NCBI GenBank assembly: GCA_963744715.1
Contig: CAVUUR010000012.1
Location: 168,926-232,925 of the forward strand
Source of the DNA: an uncultured bacterium
GTDB taxonomy: Bacteria > Babelota > Babeliae > Babelales > JACPOV01
Direction of reading: 5' to 3'
DNA length: 64,000 bases
Position numbers and translations under genes: made by a program. Under the pieces are notes generated by a model. The model was not told where the DNA came from. It saw nothing but the letters and a program-made list of their open reading frames with translations, and made no database searches. How positions within the stretch are numbered: the first letter of the stretch is position 1; each line of letters starts with the position of its first letter. Shown in pieces: positions 10,387 to 19,400 of the stretch.

Positions 10387-11058
10387 ATGAAAAAATTATT
10401 ATATAGTTTCATGCTCATCGGCAATGTATCCCTCTCTGGGATGATAGTACAAAATCGGCGAACATTTTCTCCCCCTCCTTTAAAACAATTATCTGCACAA
10501 GCATGTATCGATCATCAACTAGCCTATGTGAATCTCCCCAAGGAATGTAAAGATGCGATAAGGAAGTGTGTATTCTCCCCAACCGAATGTGAAAATTATC
10601 AAAAACCTTTTGATAATGGTAATGTAGAATCAATTTTAGAACAGGCAAAAATCCTTGGCGATACTGAACGAATACAAAAGGCTCGTGAATATAATAAGGC
10701 ACAAATCTTAGAGGTCATATCTTCTTATGAAACTATAAAAGATTGTGTTACTGAACCATCGACATGGCTAGATAGGATTGAAGAAATACCTACCCCTAGT
10801 AATCAATGGCTTGAAGCAGGAGAAGAAACTCTTATGTTTCTTTGTGAGGAGCTACATAATTCCATCAAAAATCCTGATGAATTAGCCTTACTTCGTAATG
10901 ATCCCGACATGATAAAGCAAAAACAACGCTATATGAGAAGAATAAAGCGTAATCACCTATTAACCATGTTTTTGTATTATGCTCCGTTAATGGTGAGTGA
11001 CCCTTTATCCGTTACTTGGAAAATTGCTTCCAAAAATCTTCAATCCAATTCAAAATAG
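10387..11058 (+). CDS. Family B copy 2 (SOCS/BC-box-like)
   Basis: First ~310 nt identical by eye to copy 1; C-terminal half diverged. Confidence 0.75.
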   Translation: MKKLLYSFMLIGNVSLSGMIVQNRRTFSPPPLKQLSAQACIDHQLAYVNLPKECKDAIRKCVFSPTECENYQKPFDNGNVESILEQAKILGDTERIQKAREYNKAQILEVISSYETIKDCVTEPSTWLDRIEEIPTPSNQWLEAGEETLMFLCEELHNSIKNPDELALLRNDPDMIKQKQRYMRRIKRNHLLTMFLYYAPLMVSDPLSVTWKIASKNLQSNSK

Positions 11059-11163
11059 TTTTTTATTGGCAGTACGCATACCCTTCGTTGACAAATCACC
11101 GTTACTCAGATAAACATTATATGCGTTAAAAATTATTTAAAAATAAACAGGAGATATGTATTT

Positions 11164-11721
11164 ATGAAGCGTTCTTTATTTGCGGTAACGTTAGCAATTC
11201 TGGTTGGATCTGAATCAATTTCTGCTACTCCTGACAGTGATCAAAAAAATGTTTTATCACAAAACACAGCCGCTTTTGCAGCTCATAGTATAGTTTCATT
11301 AGGACTTGGATATGTAACCATAACCAAGAGCATTGACCTTGGCCGCTCCATTCCCGGAGAATATAGAGAACTACGCTACCTGGGCGCAAAGACATATTCT
11401 ACGCACAAAAAAACTAAAGAATTAGCAACCTTTCACAAACTACTCCCCAGAGTTGTAGAAGAGCATTTAAAAAATAGAAATCCCCTGACATATAGCGGCT
11501 TTCTAAAACAACTTTTAGATTATAATAACCAGGAAATACATGCATCCTGCTGCTATGCTAGTCTAGATACTATAACAACTAGAAAAAATCTGAAAATATT
11601 TGGATCCACTTTCCTCAAGCATAATACAAATCGTCTTGTAACGCTCGCAGTTTGCGGATATGGTACCTACTGGTTTGGCAAAAATGCTTATAATCAAATA
11701 GGTCAATCTAAAAAACAATAA
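11164..11721 (+). CDS. Secreted/membrane hypothetical protein (family C, copy 1)
   Basis: RBS CAGGAG, signal peptide ending SISA, two hydrophobic segments, conserved GYGTYWFGKNA. Confidence 0.75.
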   Translation: MKRSLFAVTLAILVGSESISATPDSDQKNVLSQNTAAFAAHSIVSLGLGYVTITKSIDLGRSIPGEYRELRYLGAKTYSTHKKTKELATFHKLLPRVVEEHLKNRNPLTYSGFLKQLLDYNNQEIHASCCYASLDTITTRKNLKIFGSTFLKHNTNRLVTLAVCGYGTYWFGKNAYNQIGQSKKQ

Positions 11722-11829
11722 TGGTTTTTTATTGGCAATGCGCATATCCTTTATTGACAAATAACGGTCACTCCGATAAACATTATATGCGTTGAAAATT
11801 ATTTAAAAAATAAACAGGAGATTCTATTT

Positions 11830-12414
11830 ATGAAGCGTTCTTTATTTGCGGTAATGTTAGCAACTCTAATTGGGTCTGAATCAATTTCTGCTACTCCCGA
11901 CAATGATCAAAAAAATGGCTTATCACAACGTACAGCCGCTTTTGCGGCTCATGGTTTATGCTCGATAGGGTTTGGATTGGCAACAGTATTTTTTGGAAAA
12001 CTTGCACATCAATTTGGCAATACGGAGGCCCGATATGATTTTACAAAGTTTCGTGATACACACAAAGCTTATAACTTTGCCCTCAACGAGGAAAAAGCTT
12101 TAACGTCCGCTCACGACATAATGCGTACGAGCGTAGATGCGCTCAGCAGAAATAGATCTTACTTTGAATCTGATACATCCTATGATAACTTTATAAAGCA
12201 ACTTAAACACTGCAGGGATGACATCGCTTGCCAAGCCAATAGAGCCTCATGGAATACTCGCCATTTGAACTTGAACAGAACTGACGCCATAATAAAACTT
12301 TCAGGGCCATCTGCACGCGTTGCAGCGTTAGGTTTTGTAGCCGCGGGCTGTGCTTATGGAACCTATTGGTTTGGCAAAAATGCTCACAATCGAGTGCGCT
12401 CCCTCAAAGAATAA
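11830..12414 (+). CDS. Family C copy 2
   Basis: N- and C-termini and upstream region conserved with 11164-11721; middle diverged. Confidence 0.75.
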   Translation: MKRSLFAVMLATLIGSESISATPDNDQKNGLSQRTAAFAAHGLCSIGFGLATVFFGKLAHQFGNTEARYDFTKFRDTHKAYNFALNEEKALTSAHDIMRTSVDALSRNRSYFESDTSYDNFIKQLKHCRDDIACQANRASWNTRHLNLNRTDAIIKLSGPSARVAALGFVAAGCAYGTYWFGKNAHNRVRSLKE

Positions 12415-12416
12415 TA

Positions 12417-12456
12417 ATAATTTTTACGGTCAAATAATATTGACCGTAAAAATTAT
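12417..12456. terminator. Bidirectional terminator-like hairpin
   Basis: ataatttttacggtcaa / ttgaccgtaaaaattat perfect inverted repeat between convergent genes. Confidence 0.75.
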
Positions 12457-12477
12457 GCAACTCATTAGTTCACTATG

Positions 12478-15400
12478 TTATTGTGATTCTAATGTGGCAA
12501 CCTTAGCCTTAAGTATTTCAACTTCATCGGCTAGTACTTTAAGCCTCGCAAGTAATAGCACTGGTAATTCATGATATTTAACCGTTTGCGGTTCTTTATT
12601 GTTATCATAAATTACTAAATCCGGCATAATATCCGCCACTTCTTCAGCAATTAAGCCATAATGAGTTTCGTCTGCCCACTCACGGTCTTTATAATTAAAC
12701 GTAACAGGTCTTAAATCAAGCACGTTAGACGAAATTATATCTTTAATATTTTTTTTATAGTTGCGAGAAGAAACCGCAACCCCAAGTTGACCCGCAGAAG
12801 AAACTAAAACAGTCGCACCGGTGACCGTAACGCCGGAAATACCAGCAATAAATGCAGATGTAGTACCACCAATACGCAACACGCCACTTTCTAGCGCGAC
12901 ACCATTAGAGTTTAAGTATATATTATTACTTTCACTGCCTCCTAAATTATTCCCTGCATCTTGACCTATTGCAATATTACCTGACCCAGATACCAAACTC
13001 TGAAGCGCACCCATACCAAAAGCACAATTATTATTTCCTGCACCGGAGAAAGCAACTAATGCACTAAAACCAAAGGCACAGTTACCACTAGCTCCAGACA
13101 TGGTTCTCCCGGCTGCCTCGCCAAATGCCGTATTAAAGGTTCCCATAGTTGCATTGCCAGCCAATTTTCCTACTGCGGTATTTCCGCTTCCATCGCTCAC
13201 CGAAAGGGCCATCGCCGTTCCAGAACCTGAAAATTTTACGGTACCACCTGATCCAGTAGTTGCATCAAGCGATAGCGAAATTCCGCTCACTGATCCTGAA
13301 TCATTACTGATGGTAAACGTCTGAAAGGTAGGGGCGTTGCCCGTACCGTTTGACGTTAATATTTGGCCAGCAGTACCAACCGCGGTGGTATTCAATAGAG
13401 TACCATCATAATACACAACGCCATCAGTATTAGTCATTGATGTAGCATTAGTACCACCATTTGCAATCGAAACCGGCGTTGAAAGAGCTATCGTTGCACT
13501 GCCGCCAAGTGATACTGGCGAACCGGTTACTGATATTCCCGTACCACTGTTTAAAGTAATTGAACTGTTAGTTAACGCAGCATTAGGTACCGTACCAAAA
13601 CTTGGATCGGCTCCCGTATTACCCAAAAGAACCGTATTGGTCGCTCCAACTGCCACTGAACTTAATGATCCACTACTATTACCAATTTGAACTGCGTGAT
13701 TAGTAGTACCCGATACGTTAACGGTCATAGTAGCGGCACTGCCAGACGTTGTTATATTATTGCCGCCTTCGATAGTAACGGTCGATCCGGAGATTGAACC
13801 GGTATTACCATTGATAGTTTCTATACTTGTCGCAAGTGTCTGAAAGGTTGGGGCATTGCCCGTGCCATTTGACGTTAGTAATTGGCCAGCAGTACCAACC
13901 GTGGTGGTATTTAATTTAGTGCCATCATAATACACAACGCCATCGGTATTAGTCATCGATGTAGCATTTGTACCACCATTTGCAATCGAAACCGGCGTTG
14001 AAAGAGCTATTGTCGCACTGCCGCCAAGTGATACTGGCGAGCCGGTTACTGATATTCCTGTGCCACTGTTTAAGGTAATTGAACTGTTAGTTAATGCGGC
14101 ATTAGGTACCGTGCCAAAACTTGGATCTGCACCGGTATTGCCTAAAAGAACCGTATTGGTTGCTCCAACCGCCACTGAACTTAATGAACCAGTACTATTA
14201 CCAATTTGAACGGCATGATTGGTAGTGCCCGATACAGAAACCGTCATAGTACTTCCACTGCCAGACGTTGTTATATTATTGCCACCCTCGATAGTAACGG
14301 TCGATCCGGAGATTGAACCGGTATTACCATTGATAGTTTCTATACTTGTCGCAAGTGTCTGAAAGGTTGGGGCATTGCCCGTGCCATTTGACGTTAGTAA
14401 TTGGCCAGCAGTACCAACCGTGGTGGTATTTAATTTAGTGCCATCATAATACACAACGCCATCAGCATTAGTCATCGATGTAGCATTCGTACCACCATTT
14501 GCAATCGATACGGGTGCTGCTATTGCATATGATAAGGTGGTAGCATTAGCAGTTACTGATAATCCTGAACCAGCAGTTGGTGTTATAAATGAAGGTGCAC
14601 CCGCACTCCCAAGAAGCACTTGTCCCGCTGTGCCCGCCGTTGTTGCTGTTATTGGCGAAGTTCCACTTCCTAATAAAACACCATTTGAGGTTAAGGTAGT
14701 TGCTCCAGTACCGCCGTTTGCAACTGAAACGGGTGTTGAAAGATTTATCGTCGCACTGCCTCCGAGTGATACTGGTGATCCGGTAACTGATATTCCTGTG
14801 CCACTGTTTAAGGTAATTGAACTGTTAGTTAATGCGGCATTAGGTACCGTGCCAAAACTTGGATCTGCACCGGTGTTGCCTAAAAGAACCGTATTGGTTG
14901 CTCCAACCGCCACTGAACTTAATGAACCAGTACTATTACCAATTTGAACGGCATGATTGGTAGTGCCCGATACAGAAACCGTCATAGTACTTCCACTGCC
15001 AGACGTTGTTATATTATTGCCACCCTCGATAGTAACGGTCGATCCGGAGATTGAACCGGTATTACCATTGATAGTTTCTATACTTGTCGCAAGTGTCTGA
15101 AAGGTTGGGGCATTGCCCGTGCCATTTGACGTTAGTAATTGGCCAGCAGTACCAACCGTGGTGGTGTTCAATTTAGTGCCATCGTAATACACAACGCCAT
15201 CAGTATTAGTCATCGATGTAGCATTTGTACCGCCATTTGCAATCGATACGGGCGTTGAAAGATTTATCGTCGCACTGCCGCCAAGTGATACTGGTGATCC
15301 GGTAACTGATATTCCTGTGCCACTGTTTAAGGTAATTGAACTGTTAGTTAATGCGGCATTAGGTACCGTGCCAAAACTTGGATCTGCACCGGTATTGCCT

Positions 15401-16425
15401 AAAAGCACGGTATTGGTTGCTCCAACTGCTACTGAACTTAATGAACCGGTACTATTACCAATTTGAACGGCATGATTAGTAGTACCTGATACAGAAACCG
15501 TCATAGTAGTACTTCCATCGCCAGATGTCGTTATATTATTGCCACCTTCAATAGTAACCATAGATCCCGATATTGAACCCGTATTACCGTCGATATCTGA
15601 TATGCCTGATCCACCGCTACCTGTTACAAAAATAGGTGACAGCCCCGGGCCGCGAGAAGTCAAAATTTGGCCAGCAATACCCACCGCGGTGGTATTCAAT
15701 AGAGTACCATCATAATACACAACACCGTTGGCATTAGTCATTGATGTAGCATTCGTACCGCCATCTGCAATTGAAACGGGAACCGTGAGATTTACGATTG
15801 GATTTGCCGTTGAACCCGTAATCGTTATTCCCGTACCACCAGTAACGGATGCTACGTTACCGGTACCTACCGGAGATCCATTAATCAACAAGGTACCATT
15901 TACACTTAAGGTACCATTTACTATTTCAAAACCATTCACTATCAATGCGTGATTTACTGCTAAAAATCCAACCGTTAAATCACGTTTGAATTTAGAACTT
16001 TTATAATGATTTTCATCAACATTCATATCACTAGGTTCTACATACAGATCACCTAAGATTAATTTTGTTTTATACTCCTCAATATCTGATCTGATGCTAT
16101 CTAATGGCGCATTGCATTCGTGTAACGCAATTGAAGCTAAGCATTCATCAACCACGCACATCATTGATGAGTACTCTGCAATATCTCCTTCATGTTCAAT
16201 ATCCTGGCATAACCTTTTGAATGCTAATGACCATTCATGATCAACCAAAACTTTTTCGAGTGCCAAAAGCGCCGTTTGAAGCTCTGGAGAAAGATATACC
16301 AGCTTAGCATTGTCAATCTCTTGTTTTTCTGATCGTTCATTACCTTGATCCAATGCAACTAACATGTTTGGTGAGAACGTAAGATATAACAACGATAATA
16401 ATATGATAAATTTTTTATTAACCAC
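12478..16425 (-). CDS. Large Gly/Thr/Ser-rich repeat fibre/adhesin protein with C-terminal peptidase S74 intramolecular chaperone domain
   Basis: Signal peptide, ~173-aa repeats (519-bp spacing), NTAFG/NIAIG beta-roll repeats, SSRNYKKNI...LRPVTFNYK...YGLIAEEV, terminal coiled coil. Confidence 0.85.
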   Translation of the reverse strand: MVNKKFIILLSLLYLTFSPNMLVALDQGNERSEKQEIDNAKLVYLSPELQTALLALEKVLVDHEWSLAFKRLCQDIEHEGDIAEYSSMMCVVDECLASIALHECNAPLDSIRSDIEEYKTKLILGDLYVEPSDMNVDENHYKSSKFKRDLTVGFLAVNHALIVNGFEIVNGTLSVNGTLLINGSPVGTGNVASVTGGTGITITGSTANPIVNLTVPVSIADGGTNATSMTNANGVVYYDGTLLNTTAVGIAGQILTSRGPGLSPIFVTGSGGSGISDIDGNTGSISGSMVTIEGGNNITTSGDGSTTMTVSVSGTTNHAVQIGNSTGSLSSVAVGATNTVLLGNTGADPSFGTVPNAALTNSSITLNSGTGISVTGSPVSLGGSATINLSTPVSIANGGTNATSMTNTDGVVYYDGTKLNTTTVGTAGQLLTSNGTGNAPTFQTLATSIETINGNTGSISGSTVTIEGGNNITTSGSGSTMTVSVSGTTNHAVQIGNSTGSLSSVAVGATNTVLLGNTGADPSFGTVPNAALTNSSITLNSGTGISVTGSPVSLGGSATINLSTPVSVANGGTGATTLTSNGVLLGSGTSPITATTAGTAGQVLLGSAGAPSFITPTAGSGLSVTANATTLSYAIAAPVSIANGGTNATSMTNADGVVYYDGTKLNTTTVGTAGQLLTSNGTGNAPTFQTLATSIETINGNTGSISGSTVTIEGGNNITTSGSGSTMTVSVSGTTNHAVQIGNSTGSLSSVAVGATNTVLLGNTGADPSFGTVPNAALTNSSITLNSGTGISVTGSPVSLGGSATIALSTPVSIANGGTNATSMTNTDGVVYYDGTKLNTTTVGTAGQLLTSNGTGNAPTFQTLATSIETINGNTGSISGSTVTIEGGNNITTSGSAATMTVNVSGTTNHAVQIGNSSGSLSSVAVGATNTVLLGNTGADPSFGTVPNAALTNSSITLNSGTGISVTGSPVSLGGSATIALSTPVSIANGGTNATSMTNTDGVVYYDGTLLNTTAVGTAGQILTSNGTGNAPTFQTFTISNDSGSVSGISLSLDATTGSGGTVKFSGSGTAMALSVSDGSGNTAVGKLAGNATMGTFNTAFGEAAGRTMSGASGNCAFGFSALVAFSGAGNNNCAFGMGALQSLVSGSGNIAIGQDAGNNLGGSESNNIYLNSNGVALESGVLRIGGTTSAFIAGISGVTVTGATVLVSSAGQLGVAVSSRNYKKNIKDIISSNVLDLRPVTFNYKDREWADETHYGLIAEEVADIMPDLVIYDNNKEPQTVKYHELPVLLLARLKVLADEVEILKAKVATLESQ

Positions 16426-16445
16426 GCCGTCTCCTTTTTTTGCTT

Positions 16446-19400
16446 CTAGTTCACTATGGTATTTTTTGATTCTAATGTAGCAATTTTAACCCCGAGCCTT
16501 CTAATTTCATCGTCAGTATTGAGTCTTTCAGCCTTAAGTACTGCAATTTCATGAGCTAATACTTTAAGCTGTGCAAGTAATAGCACCGGCAATTCATGAT
16601 ATTTAACCGTTTGCGGTTCTTTATTGTTATCATAAATTACTAAATCCGGAATAGTATCCGCCACTTCTTCAGCAATTAAGCCGTAGTGAATTTCATCTTC
16701 CCACTCACGGTCTTTATAATTAAACGTGACAGGTCTTAAATCAAGCACGTTAGATGAAATTATATCTTTAATATTTTTTTTATATCGGGCGGAAGAAGCC
16801 GCAACCCCAAGCTGACCTGCAGCAGAAACTAAAACAGTCGCACCGCTGACCGTAACGCCAGAAATACCAGCAATAAATGCAGCTGTAGTACCACCGATAC
16901 GAAGTTTCCCACTTTCTGCCGCGACGCCATCATGGTTTAAATATATATTATTGCTTTCGCTACTTGATAAATTACTTCCTGCGAATAGACCTATTGCAAT
17001 ATTACCTGTCCCGGTCGTCAAACTCACAAGTGCTTCTCCACCTAAAGCACAATTGCCATTACTACCAGTCGTTAGCGCAAGACCAGCTCCTAGGCCCACC
17101 ACGTTATTAGAGCTTCCCATAGTTGCATTTCCAGCTGATGCCCCTATTGCTATATTATTATTTGCATCGGTCATCGAAAGAGTCATTGCGGTTCCAGAAC
17201 CAGAAAATTTTACCGTAGCCCCAGCACCAGATCCAGCCTTAAGCGAAAGCGAGTTTCCGGTCACTGATCCTGAATCGTTGGTAATCGTAAATGTCTGAAA
17301 GGTAGGGGCATTGCCGGTACCGTTCGAAGTTAATAATTGTCCAGCAGTACCAACCGTGGTGGTATTCAATTTAGTACCATCATAATACACAACGCCGTCG
17401 GTGTTAGTCATCGATGTAGCATTCGTACCGCCATCCGCAATCGTCACGGGCACTGCTAGTGCATATGATAAGGTGGTAGCATTATTGGTTATCGACAATC
17501 CTGCCCCGGCCGTTGGTGTTATAAATGAAGGTGCACCTGAACTTCCAATAAGAACTTGGCCACCTGTTCCTGCTGTTGTTGCTGTTATTGGCGAAGTTCC
17601 ATTTCCTAACAAAACACCATTAGAGGTCAGGGTAGATGCTCCAGTACCACCGTTTGCAACTGAAACCGGCGTTGTAAGAGCTATTGTCGCACTGCCGCCA
17701 AGCGATACTGGCGAGCCGGTTACTGTTATTCCTGTTCCACTTGTTAAGGTAATCGAACTGTTACTTAACGCAGCATTCGGTACCGTACCAAAACTTGGAG
17801 CTGCGCCGGTGTTACCTAAAAGAACCGTATTCGTTGCGCCAACCGCTATCGAAGTTAATGAACCACTACTATTACCAATTTGAACAGCATCATTGGTAGT
17901 ACCCGATACAGCGACCGTCATAACAGTTCCACTGCACGTTGTGTTTATATTACTTGAACCTGTGCCTGAAATAGTAACGGTCGTCCCAGTAACGGAACCC
18001 GTATTACCATCGATAGTTGCTATACGCGTCAAAGCATTCTGAAAACTAGGAGCAACGCCGGCACCATTTGACGTTAATAATTGGCCGGCAGTACCAACCG
18101 TGGTGGTGTTCAATTTAGTGCCATCATAATACACAACGCCGTCGGTGTTAGTCATCGATGTAGCATTTGTACCGCCATCCGCAATCGTCACGGGCACTGC
18201 TAGTGCATATGATAGGGTGGTAGCATTATTGGTTATCGACAATCCTGCCCCGGCCGTTGGTGTTATAAATGAAGGCGCACCTGAACTTCCAATAAGAACT
18301 TGTCCACCCGTTCCTGCTGTTGTTGCTGTTATTGGCGAAGTTCCATTTCCTAACAAAACACCATTTGAGGTTAAGGTAGATGCTCCAGTTCCTCCGTTTG
18401 CAACCGATACCGGCGTTGAAAGAGCTATCGTTGCACTGCTGCCAAGTGATACTGGCGAGCCGGTTACTGTTATTCCTGTTCCACTGTTTAAGGTAATTGA
18501 GCTATTGGTTAGTGCAGCATTCGGTACCGTGCCAAAACTTGGATCGGCGCCAGTGTTACCTAAAAGAACCGTATTGGTTGCTCCAACCGCTACCGGACTT
18601 AGCGAACCACTACTATTACCAATTTGAACTGCATGATTAGTAGTACCCGATACGGAAACCGTCATGATAGTGCCACCATTGCCAGAAGTTGTTATATTAT
18701 TGCCGCCTGCAATCGTAACGGTCGATCCGGATATTGAACCCGTATCACCATTGATAGTTGTTATACCCGACGCGGCGGCTGATTGAAAGGTAGGGGCACT
18801 ACCACTACCATTCGAAGTTAATACTTGGCCAGCAGTACCAACGGTTGTGGTGTTCAATTTAGTACCATCATAATACACAACGCCGTCGGTGTTAGTCATC
18901 GATGTAGCATTCGTACCGCCATCCGCAATCGTCACGGGCACTGCTAGTGCATATGATAGGGTGGTAGCATTATTGGTTATCGACAATCCTGCCCCGGCCG
19001 TTGGTGTTATAAATGAAGGTGCGCCTGAACTTCCAATGAGAATTTGTCCACCCGTTCCTGCTGTTGTTGCGGTTATTGGCGAAGTTCCATTTCCCAACAA
19101 AACGCCATTTGAAGTTAAGGTAGATGCTCCAGTTCCTCCGTTTGCAACCGATACCGGCGTTGAAAGAGCTATCATTGCACTACCGCCAAGTGCTACCGGT
19201 GATCCGGTCACTGATATTCCTGTACCACTGTTTAAGGTAATTGAGCTATTGGTTAGTGCGGCATTAGGTACCGTCCCAAAACTTGGATCAGCACCCGTGT
19301 TGCCTAAAAGAACCGTATTGGTTGCTCCAACCGCTACCGAACTTAATGAACCGGTACTATTGCCAATTTGAACTGCATGATTAGTAGTGCCCGATACAGA

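Larger units (their letters stand above)
7860..11058 (+). repeat. Tandem duplication of a two-gene unit (~1.6 kb period)
   Basis: 7860-9420 versus 9530-11060 share genes and intergenic/promoter sequence. Confidence 0.95.

Noticed and set aside
8765..11058. Diversity-generating retroelement (template/variable repeat pair)
   Set aside because: Differences are not restricted to adenines, they include indels, and no reverse transcriptase is in the window.
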